DNA of 64,000 nt, taken from the NCBI GenBank assembly GCA_964369235.1, contig CAYJEQ010000005.1, positions 2,464-66,463 of the forward strand, given 5' to 3'. The notes beneath the pieces are model-generated. The model was not told where the DNA came from and did no database searches. It saw only the letters and a list, made by a program, of their open reading frames with translations. Made by a program: the position numbers and the translations under genes. How positions within the stretch are numbered: position 1 is the stretch's first letter; every line of letters starts with the position of its first letter. Below, piece after piece: positions 56,648-64,000 of the stretch. Origin of the DNA: an uncultured Oscillospiraceae bacterium (GTDB lineage Bacteria; Bacillota; Clostridia; Oscillospirales; Ruminococcaceae).

Positions 56648-56819
56648 AAAAAGTAAAATAACTCTGAAATCCACTATATATTATATTGTATTAGTGAATT
56701 GTTTTCAACAGTTTTTTATATTAATAGTTTTATTTTGTGTAAGAGTAATAGCTTTAGGGCTAATTAGCAAAGATAATAACATGAATTTCCCATTAATAAT
56801 GAAAGGTTTGGTAATTATT

Positions 56820-57899
56820 ATGAAAGAATATAAAGTTGGTATAGTTGGCGCAACTGGTATGGTTGGACAGCGTTTTATAACACTAATGGAAAATCATCCT
56901 TGGTTTAAGATAGTATGTTTAGCAGCTTCTCCTCGTTCTGCTGGCAAAAAATATAGCGAAGCTATTGGCAGTCGCTGGACAATGGATACCCCACTGCCAC
57001 AGCATATTGGTGATATGGTGGTAATGGACGCCACAGGACAGGTTGAGGAAATTTCTGCTATGGTTGATTTTATCTTCTGTGCAGTAGATATGGAAAAATC
57101 CGAAATCAGAGCATTAGAGGAAAGATATGCAAAGGCTGAATGCCCTGTTATCTCTAATAACTCTGCTCATCGTGGTACAGTTGATGTACCTATGATAGTT
57201 CCTGAGCTAAACCCTGACCACAGTCAGGTAATATCAGCACAAAGACAGCGTCTAGGCACTACAAAAGGCTTTATTGCAGTTAAGTCTAACTGTTCTATCC
57301 AAAGCTATGTGCCAGCACTATATCCACTAAATCACTTTGGGGTAAAGAGAATTCTTGCCTGTACCTATCAGGCTATTTCTGGAGCTGGCAAAACCTTTGA
57401 CAGCTGGCCAGAGATGGTGGATAATGTTATCCCTTACATCGGTGGAGAAGAAGAAAAAAGCGAAAAAGAACCACTAAAAATCTGGGGACAGGTTAAAGAT
57501 GGTGAAATAGTAAATGCTACTACACCTGATATTACCACCCAGTGTATTCGTGTACCTGTTGCCGATGGACATATGGCAGCAGTATTTGTTGACTTTGAGA
57601 ATAAGCCAACTAAGGAAGAAATGATTAAAATTTGGGCTGATTTTAAGGGTATCCCACAAACAGCTAATCTACCTTCTGCACCTAAGCAGTTCCTTCACTA
57701 TTTCACTGAGGATAATATGCCACAAACCAATTCCCATAGAAATCTAGAAAATGGCATGGCTGTGTCCATTGGTAGACTTCGTGAAGATAGTCAGTACCAG
57801 TATAAATTTGTATGCTTATCCCATAACACCTTAAGAGGTGCTGCAGGTGGTGCTGTGCTAATGGCAGAGCTACTAGCTTACCAAGGTTATATGGACTAA
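56820..57899 (+). CDS. asd: Aspartate-semialdehyde dehydrogenase
   Basis: The true start is probably MKEYKVGIVGATGMVGQRF at 56820, with a GAAAGG RBS. The catalytic Cys is in VKSNCSIQ. The ORF-track N-terminal extension (56619-56819) is AT-rich leader read as protein. Confidence 0.9.
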   Translation: MKEYKVGIVGATGMVGQRFITLMENHPWFKIVCLAASPRSAGKKYSEAIGSRWTMDTPLPQHIGDMVVMDATGQVEEISAMVDFIFCAVDMEKSEIRALEERYAKAECPVISNNSAHRGTVDVPMIVPELNPDHSQVISAQRQRLGTTKGFIAVKSNCSIQSYVPALYPLNHFGVKRILACTYQAISGAGKTFDSWPEMVDNVIPYIGGEEEKSEKEPLKIWGQVKDGEIVNATTPDITTQCIRVPVADGHMAAVFVDFENKPTKEEMIKIWADFKGIPQTANLPSAPKQFLHYFTEDNMPQTNSHRNLENGMAVSIGRLREDSQYQYKFVCLSHNTLRGAAGGAVLMAELLAYQGYMD

Positions 57900-58014
57900 T
57901 TTAAACCTAATAATTATTTTAAACTATACAGGGTGTACTCTGTGGATTTGCAAGGATTTATATTATTTATCTTCTATCCACAGAGTTTGCCCTATAAATT
58001 TGAGGTGAATTATC

Positions 58015-59421
58015 TTGACTACTTTTTTCAGGAGACTCTACCATGTTGGGGATATGGTTTCAAAGGAAGATATTCTAGGAGAATTACCTAGTAATAGATC
58101 AGCCTATAATACTATGTTTCAGATGGCATGGCCTTGTGCATTAGAGGCAATACTGGTTAGTACCATCGCTTCTATTGACACAATGATGGTAGGTACCTTA
58201 GGCCCTGCTGCCATTGCTGCTGTAGGGATTACCTCCCAACCTAAAATGATTGTTCTTGCCGTAATACTTTCTTTAAATGTAGGTGTAACTGCTGTTATCT
58301 CTAGAAGAAAAGGTCAGAACGATCCTGATGCAGCTAACGCTACACTAAAACATTCACTAATACTTTCTTTGGTACTTTCCTTAATTATGGCGGTTTTTGG
58401 TGGGGTATTTGGCAGAGAAATTCTCTCCTTTGCTGGTGCTGGTGATGATTATATTGACACTGCTACCCAGTATCTACAGATTATAATGGTAGGTAATGTG
58501 TTCCAGTCAATGGCACTGACCATAAACGCAGCCCAGCGTGGAGTAGGCAATACCAAAATCTCTATGAAAACCAATGTACTTGCAAACATTGTAAACCTTA
58601 TCTTTAACTACCTTCTTATTAATGGTATATGGATATTCCCTCAGCTTGGCACACAGGGTGCTGCTATTGCTACAGTTTTAGGTAATATAGCTGCATTTAT
58701 CCTATCTGTTTTCTCTATATGTGTTAGAGGTAGATTTCTCTATCTTTTTGACGGGGAAAAGTTTCAGTTTAACAAGATGATTTTATCAGCTATAAATAAA
58801 GTATCTTCTAATGCAATGCTAGAGCAGGTATTTATCCGAGTAGGATTTTTCCTCAATACTATTTTTATAGCAAATCTAGGCACTACTGCCCTTGCAACAT
58901 ATCAAATCAGTGCCAATGTCCTATCCATCTGTTTCTCTATAGGAGATGGCATTAGCATGGCTTCGGCTAGTTTATCAGGCCAGTCCCTAGGGGCAAAACG
59001 CAGTGACCTATCTATAATATATGGTAAAGTTGGTCAGCGTGTAGCAGAGTTTATTGGGCTTACTCTACTGGTACTACTTACTTTATTTAGGCGAGAGATA
59101 ATTACGCTATTTACTGATGAGATACAGATTATCCATATGGGTGCAACCCTGATGATTATAACAGGTATAATTGGCCCTATAATGGCATCTAATTCAGTTT
59201 TTGTAGGTGTACTAAGAGGTGCTGGAGATGTTAAGTACACTGCTAAGGTTTCACTAATTAGCATTACCTTTCTACGACCTACTACCACCTATCTACTAAG
59301 CTATACCTTAGGTCTTGGGGTATTCGGTGCATATCTGTCCATTCTTGTAGATCAGATTGTAAGGTATCTATTATTAAGCAGTAGATTTTACAGCAAGAAG
59401 TGGACTAAAATTTCATTGTAA
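58015..59421 (+). CDS. MATE-family efflux transporter
   Basis: 468 aa with about 12 TM helices and a MATE-like N-terminus (...AWPCALEAILVSTIASIDTMMVG). It has a TTG start 8 nt after GAGGTGA. Confidence 0.8.
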   Translation: MTTFFRRLYHVGDMVSKEDILGELPSNRSAYNTMFQMAWPCALEAILVSTIASIDTMMVGTLGPAAIAAVGITSQPKMIVLAVILSLNVGVTAVISRRKGQNDPDAANATLKHSLILSLVLSLIMAVFGGVFGREILSFAGAGDDYIDTATQYLQIIMVGNVFQSMALTINAAQRGVGNTKISMKTNVLANIVNLIFNYLLINGIWIFPQLGTQGAAIATVLGNIAAFILSVFSICVRGRFLYLFDGEKFQFNKMILSAINKVSSNAMLEQVFIRVGFFLNTIFIANLGTTALATYQISANVLSICFSIGDGISMASASLSGQSLGAKRSDLSIIYGKVGQRVAEFIGLTLLVLLTLFRREIITLFTDEIQIIHMGATLMIITGIIGPIMASNSVFVGVLRGAGDVKYTAKVSLISITFLRPTTTYLLSYTLGLGVFGAYLSILVDQIVRYLLLSSRFYSKKWTKISL

Positions 59422-59444
59422 CCAACCTATTTCTATGGTATAAT
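59416..59444 (+). promoter_or_regulatory. Sigma-A promoter (extended -10) upstream of yebC
   Basis: TTGTAA, then 17 nt, then TGgTATAAT. It overlaps the stop codon of the MATE transporter gene. Confidence 0.5.
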
Positions 59445-59509
59445 ATTAGTCATTATTATTAAATATACAGTATATAATTAAAGTCAAGGCAAATCAGGAG
59501 GCAATATCT

Positions 59510-60229
59510 ATGGCAGGCCATTCCAAGTGGAGTACAATTAAAAGAAAAAAAGAAAAAACCGATGGACAACGAGCAAAAATTTTCACTAAAATAGGCAGAG
59601 AGATTAGCGTTGCAGTAAGAGATGGCGGGCCTGATCCAGCATCTAATAGTAAGCTAAAAGATCTAATAGCAAAGGCAAAGGCTAATAATCTGCCTAATGA
59701 TAATATCGACCGAGTTATTAAAAAAGCCACTGGTGAGGGTGATAAAAACACCTATGAAAGCATAGTTTACGAAGGCTATGGCCCCTGTGGAGTAGCTATG
59801 GTTGTGGAGGCACTTACGGACAATCGCAACCGTACAGCTGGGGATCTAAGGCATTATTTTGATAAATACGGAGGCAATCTAGGCCAAACAGGCTGTGTTT
59901 CCTTTATGTTTAAAGAAATGGGGCTAATTCTTATTGAATCAGATGATATTTCCGAGGATAAGATATTTGAAGATGCCATGAACAGTGGGGCAGAGGATAT
60001 AAAAACAGAAGATGGGCTTTATGAGGTATATACCCTACCTACTAATTTTACAAGGGTTAGAGATGCTTTGGCTAGCTTAGGGTATAGTTTCCTAGAGGCT
60101 TCCCTTGCCTTTATCCCAGATAGCTACAGCTCCATTGAGGAAAACATGACTGCTAAAATGGAAAAACTTCTAGAACTGCTAGAAGATAATGACGATGTGC
60201 AGGAAGTATGGCACAACTGGCAGGACTAA
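59510..60229 (+). CDS. yebC: YebC/PmpR-family DNA-binding regulator/translation factor
   Basis: 239 aa starting MAGHSKWSTIKRKKEKTDGQRAKIF. Confidence 0.93.
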   Translation: MAGHSKWSTIKRKKEKTDGQRAKIFTKIGREISVAVRDGGPDPASNSKLKDLIAKAKANNLPNDNIDRVIKKATGEGDKNTYESIVYEGYGPCGVAMVVEALTDNRNRTAGDLRHYFDKYGGNLGQTGCVSFMFKEMGLILIESDDISEDKIFEDAMNSGAEDIKTEDGLYEVYTLPTNFTRVRDALASLGYSFLEASLAFIPDSYSSIEENMTAKMEKLLELLEDNDDVQEVWHNWQD

Positions 60230-60255
60230 CTATTATAGCAAAGGAGAGTCTTATA

Positions 60256-60891
60256 ATGCAGGGAATAATATTTGATTTAGATGGTACACTGGTAGATTCA
60301 CTACCTTGTTGGAAACAGATGAATTACGCATTTTTCGAGAGATTTCAGATACCACCTTCTGAGGAGGTAATGCACAAGTTTAAATCTCTTAGCCTTGCTG
60401 ACTCAGCTGGGCTGGTTAGGGAGTTATATGATATAGATCACAGTGAGGAAGATATCGTTAATATTTGGCTTGATATGGCACTGGATATGTACACCAATAG
60501 GGTTAAGCTTAAACCCTATGTGCTAGAGTATCTACAGCTACAAAAAAGTAACGGTGTAAAGTTTGGAGTAGCAACTGCCACATATACCAATCTTGCCAAG
60601 GCTTGTTTAGAGGCAAATGGTGTACTGGATTTATTTGAGTTTGTAATTGATGTAAATTTACATAACACCACCAAGCATGAGCCTACAATTTATAATATTG
60701 CACAGGATATGCTAGGGGTAGATATTAATAACTGTGTAGTCTTTGAAGACGCACCTTATGCTATACGCACAGCTAATAATGCTGGTTATAAGGTTATCTG
60801 TGTACAGGACAGCAGTTGGGGTGATGAACAGTCCACTATAACTGGCCATGTTGAAACCACTATACTAAGCTATGAGGAGCTTATGGTTTAG
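60256..60891 (+). CDS. HAD-superfamily hydrolase (beta-phosphoglucomutase-like subfamily IA)
   Basis: MQGIIFDLDGTLVDS (DxDxT motif), with an AAGGAGAG RBS at 60241. The ORF-track start at 60208 lies inside yebC. Confidence 0.8.
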   Translation: MQGIIFDLDGTLVDSLPCWKQMNYAFFERFQIPPSEEVMHKFKSLSLADSAGLVRELYDIDHSEEDIVNIWLDMALDMYTNRVKLKPYVLEYLQLQKSNGVKFGVATATYTNLAKACLEANGVLDLFEFVIDVNLHNTTKHEPTIYNIAQDMLGVDINNCVVFEDAPYAIRTANNAGYKVICVQDSSWGDEQSTITGHVETTILSYEELMV

Positions 60892-61004
60892 TAGTAACTA
60901 ACTATTAGAATTACAGAAACATATACAATAATAACTACAAATGGAAGTAACACAACAATGAAAAAAATCAAATCAAAAATCAAATTATAGCTACTAGTAT
61001 CCTT

Positions 61005-61292
61005 ATGCTAGTGGCAATATTAACAGTTATATTTCATGGGATATCTGGCAACACCCTAGGACCACTGGGGTATATAGGACTATCATTTATTGGAATTGCT
61101 TTCACAGTTCACATAGATAACCTGTACCAGTATATAAAGCATAATATATATATATGGATAGTTAGGGCAAAACTCTATTACAACACAAAAAATCCACACC
61201 ACTTAGGTATAAGTAGTGTGGATTTTAATTATTATTTAATAGATTTTAAGACAGCTTCCATTACCTCTCACTGCTGTCAAAGGCTGAAATAA
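61005..61292 (+). CDS. Doubtful small membrane ORF (possible remnant or phase-variable gene)
   Basis: 95 aa with two hydrophobic segments. There is no RBS. The ORF reads through the bidirectional terminator at 61186-61227 and into yraN. See the finding on the upstream A7 tract. Confidence 0.2.
   Translation: MLVAILTVIFHGISGNTLGPLGYIGLSFIGIAFTVHIDNLYQYIKHNIYIWIVRAKLYYNTKNPHHLGISSVDFNYYLIDFKTASITSHCCQRLK
61186..61227 (-). terminator. Bidirectional intrinsic terminator after yraN
   Basis: AAAAAA-atccacaccact-taggtata-agtagtgtggat-TTTT. There is a U-run on both strands. Confidence 0.8.
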
Positions 61293-61638
61293 TATGGTTA
61301 TAATCCTTTATTTCATAGGGATTATCCTTACAGGTAAATACCTCAAAGACATCAAATCGCCAGTAGTATTCCTCATCTAGCTCCTCCATGTATTTCTGGG
61401 CTGTAGCTATGATTTTTTGTTGTTTTTTATAGTTTACTGCTTCCTCTGGGGAAACTAATGAGCCTTCCCTTCTGGTTTTGACCTCCACAAAGGCAATCTC
61501 ATCATTATCAAGTGCTATAATATCTATTTCGCCTAATCTAGTGTTGTAGTTTTTTGTAAGTATTTTGTAACCTAATTCCTGTAATTTACCTAGGGCAAAT
61601 TCTTCTCCTAGTTTACCTACTAGCTTTTTATCAACCAT
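61261..61638 (-). CDS. yraN: YraN-family (UPF0102) endonuclease-like protein
   Basis: 125 aa (GKLGEEFALGKLQELGYKILTKNY...GEIDIIALD...AFVEVKTR). It lies in rnhB-yraN synteny. Confidence 0.85.
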   Translation of the reverse strand: MVDKKLVGKLGEEFALGKLQELGYKILTKNYNTRLGEIDIIALDNDEIAFVEVKTRREGSLVSPEEAVNYKKQQKIIATAQKYMEELDEEYYWRFDVFEVFTCKDNPYEIKDYNHIISAFDSSER

Positions 61639-62291
61639 TACAAATCGCCACTTTCTAGTAGTTTTTCTCGTTTTTCCTCTAGATTTTTTAGAAAGGATTT
61701 ACGATGAAAATCTGCTACACCATGCTTTAAGATAGCAATATAATGAGCCTTAGTACCATAGCCTTTATGCTTAGCTAGGCCGTACTGAGGGTACTCTTTG
61801 TCTAGCTCTGCCATATTCCTATCCCTAGCTACCTTAGCAAGTATAGAGGCTGCACCTATAGAGGCAGACAGACCATCACCTTTAATAATATACTGACCCT
61901 CTACAGACATATCCACAGGGGTAAAGTTACCATCAATGATTGCGTAATCCGCCTTAACACTAAGATCGTTTATGGCTTTATTCATGGCTTTCATTGTTGC
62001 CTGTCTAATATTAATGCTGTCTATTTCATCGGCTTCACACCATGCAATGGAATATGCTTTGGCTTTCTCTATAATCTCACTGTATAAAGCCTCTCGCTTT
62101 TTTTCAGTAAGTTTTTTGGAATCCTCTAAACCTTCTATAGGATTATCCCTATCTAAGATAACTGCAGCTGCGTAAACTCGACCAGCTAAAGGGCCTCTAC
62201 CAGCCTCGTCAACTCCACAGATATTAATATAACCTTTAGCCTTTAGAGTATCTTCATATAGATATTTAGACTGGGTATTATCTTCACTCAT
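61638..62291 (-). CDS. rnhB: Ribonuclease HII
   Basis: 217 aa with the [15 protein letters not shown] and DSKKLT motifs. Confidence 0.95.
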   Translation of the reverse strand: MSEDNTQSKYLYEDTLKAKGYINICGVDEAGRGPLAGRVYAAAVILDRDNPIEGLEDSKKLTEKKREALYSEIIEKAKAYSIAWCEADEIDSINIRQATMKAMNKAINDLSVKADYAIIDGNFTPVDMSVEGQYIIKGDGLSASIGAASILAKVARDRNMAELDKEYPQYGLAKHKGYGTKAHYIAILKHGVADFHRKSFLKNLEEKREKLLESGDL

Positions 62292-62327
62292 AAATAATCT
62301 AACCTCCTAAACTATCATTATATTAGT

Positions 62328-63266
62328 CTACTTCTTTTTCTTTGCTGCTCTTTTTGCTTTTTTGGCTTTTTTCTCGGTTAGTACCACCTCTGGGCTCTGA
62401 TAATCTGGGGACTCTAGGGTAATCTTGCCTAGTTTACCACCTCTGTACTCGTCTACCACCATAATAGAGGCACGCTGGGTGTTAATATGTCCACCAGCCA
62501 TAAGCATACCACGCTTTTTAGCAATGGCACATAGGAAGTCATAGTTATCTAGCTCTGCAATTTCTTCTTCCTCTAGGACATATCTCTCACAGATAGTTTT
62601 AACATATCTAACTCTTAGTACCTCTAGCAGTCTAACAGATAGATGTTCAATATCAATAACATCGTCCTTAACTGCCCCTGTAAAGGCTAGGTGCTCCCCT
62701 ACTGTTGGGTCTTCAAATTTAGGCCATAGTACCCCTGGCATATCCAGTAGTTCTACTCCACTATCAATCTTAACCCACTGCTTACCTCTAGTTACCCCTG
62801 GTCTGTCCTCTACCTTAGCACGACGAGAACCAGCTAGACGGTTAATAAGTGAAGATTTACCTACATTAGGCACCCCAACTATCATCATACGCAGTGGCAT
62901 ATTTACCATTCCTTTTGCTGCTTTTCTCTCTATCTTTTCCTTAAGGATTTCTTTTACCATAGGAACAATTTTATTTAGCCCCTTGCCTGATTTACAGTCG
63001 GTTGCTACTGTCTGTATTCCCTGTGCTTCAAAATGCTCTATCCATTTTTTCGTCATGTCGGCGTCGGCTTCATCACATTTATTTAGGATAATCATTCGTG
63101 GTTTTTCCCCAATTAGCTTATCTATCTCAGGATTTCTTGAGCTAAATGGTATACGAGCATCTAATAGCTCTACCACTATATCCACCAGTTTAAGGTGGGC
63201 TTCCATTAGTCGCCTGGTTTTGGTCATATGACCGGGGAACCATTGGACTGCTACTTTATCTATCAT
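62328..63266 (-). CDS. rbgA: Ribosome biogenesis GTPase A (YlqF/RbgA)
   Basis: 312 aa with a circularly permuted GTPase ([27 protein letters not shown]) and a Lys-rich tail. Confidence 0.93.
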   Translation of the reverse strand: MIDKVAVQWFPGHMTKTRRLMEAHLKLVDIVVELLDARIPFSSRNPEIDKLIGEKPRMIILNKCDEADADMTKKWIEHFEAQGIQTVATDCKSGKGLNKIVPMVKEILKEKIERKAAKGMVNMPLRMMIVGVPNVGKSSLINRLAGSRRAKVEDRPGVTRGKQWVKIDSGVELLDMPGVLWPKFEDPTVGEHLAFTGAVKDDVIDIEHLSVRLLEVLRVRYVKTICERYVLEEEEIAELDNYDFLCAIAKKRGMLMAGGHINTQRASIMVVDEYRGGKLGKITLESPDYQSPEVVLTEKKAKKAKRAAKKKK

Positions 63267-63436
63267 ATTATAGTCTTTCCTTTCGCTAAAGCAATATGCT
63301 TTGTCCTGTATAATCTATTAATTATATCACAATTTTTATTTTTATTCAAATTATTTATATGCTGTGGTATAATTACTACAAACTTTACCAATATGTCATT
63401 TTTACCATTTTAGCAACTTGATACACTATTTTTTTA

Positions 63437-63464
63437 TTGACAATTTACAAAAAAGTGCTATTAT
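63437..63464 (+). promoter_or_regulatory. Sigma-A promoter for the 63507 ORF
   Basis: TTGACA, then 16 nt, then TATTAT. It lies 43 nt upstream of the ATG. Confidence 0.5.
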
Positions 63465-63506
63465 TTTAATATAGGATAGTGTTTAATAAGAAAAGGAGGG
63501 GTTTTT

Positions 63507-63842
63507 ATGTTAGCTTTATCTAGTTTTTTTGATATCCCTGTAGTTAATCCAGAAACCTATGAGTTTAATCATCTAGTGTACTATCTGATGATTGGTACTG
63601 TAATAATCTCTATTATACTTTTTATTATAATGGTAACCATTATCTTTAAATCAAAGAGTAGGGCTAATCTACAAAGTTCTTTATTTGTAGTATCCATAGC
63701 TATAGTGATAAAAATTCTCTATAATCTAACCCTATCTAATACAGCCATCTATGGTATGTTAGAGGATATATTTAGAATAGGCTTCTTATCTTTTGTATTT
63801 CTTATTTTCTATCTACATACACTTAAAAAAAGTAAAAGATAA
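63507..63842 (+). CDS. Hypothetical three-TM membrane protein
   Basis: 111 aa with a strong AAGGAGGGG RBS 6 nt upstream, its own promoter, and hydrophobic segments. No recognisable family. Confidence 0.6.
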   Translation: MLALSSFFDIPVVNPETYEFNHLVYYLMIGTVIISIILFIIMVTIIFKSKSRANLQSSLFVVSIAIVIKILYNLTLSNTAIYGMLEDIFRIGFLSFVFLIFYLHTLKKSKR

Positions 63843-63844
63843 TA

Positions 63845-63920
63845 TTCTGTTGGGGTGTATTCTCTCGCTGTTGCCGAGGGAATACACCCTATAAAAATAC
63901 CAAAACAATTAATATAACTC
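63845..63920 (+). repeat. Copy E of the palindromic element
   Basis: Sequence: ttctgttGGGGTGTATTCTCTCG-ctgttgc-CGAGGGAATACACCCtataaaaataccaaaacaattaatataactc. There is one U-G position in the stem. Confidence 0.8.
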
Positions 63921-63947
63921 TTTATCTATAATAAAGACAAAAATAAG

Positions 63948-64000
63948 GTTCTATTGCAAATATTGGGGTACCGTTCCTCGCCAAGGGCGAGGAACGGTAC
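63948..64000 (+). repeat. Copy F of the palindromic element, truncated by the window end
   Basis: Sequence: ggttctattgcaaatattGGGGTACCGTTCCTCGCC-aag-GGCGAGGAACGGTAC... Confidence 0.8.

Noticed and set aside
56619-56819. The 67-aa N-terminal extension of the asd ORF in the ORF track.
   Set aside because: Its TTG start is actually the -35 TTGACA of a good promoter. The extension is AT-rich with no homology to Asd, and the canonical MKEYKVGIVGATG N-terminus with an RBS begins at 56820.

Overview
This window looks like chromosome from a low-GC, strictly anaerobic Firmicute. A Clostridia origin is inferred from the SCIFF cassette, the HydABC hydrogenase and the B. subtilis-like operon synteny. 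No rRNA, tRNA, CRISPR array, transposase or phage gene was seen. Left to right:

- **1-14.3 kb (minus strand):** most of a B12-dependent 1,2-propanediol (pdu) microcompartment operon, in the order pduA-B-C-D-E-G-H-K-J-L-eutJ-M-N-O-P-S. It ends in an uncharacterised glycine-rich membrane protein that runs off the left edge.
- **14.7-18.9 kb:** glycerol dehydrogenase, a YibE/F-type membrane protein and a secreted alkaline phosphatase.
- **19.3-24.4 kb:** a five-gene HydABC/Hnd-type NAD(P)H-linked [FeFe]-hydrogenase operon with an embedded stand-alone GHKL ATPase.
- **24.9-29.9 kb (plus strand, divergent):** a putative H2-sensing module (DRTGG / GHKL ATPase / sensory-type [FeFe]-hydrogenase homologue / DRTGG / PHP phosphoesterase), followed by an orphan PTS Enzyme I.
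- **30.2-63.3 kb:** mostly minus-strand housekeeping genes. These are leuS, rsfS, an LCP-family gene, a nadD-yqeK fusion, yhbY, rdgB, ftsY, smc, rnc, plsX, trmFO, topA, dprA, rplT-rpmI-infC with an L20 leader, proC, an scfA/scfB RiPP cassette, yajC-tgt-queA, asd, a MATE transporter gene, yebC, rnhB and rbgA.

The least explained signal is a dispersed family of about 85-95-bp intergenic palindromic elements, with at least 6 copies. Each has inverted-repeat-like ends and a GC-rich central hairpin. The stem sequence differs between copies, but both arms always change together.

All calls rest on reading the translations and the DNA by eye. No database search was possible.
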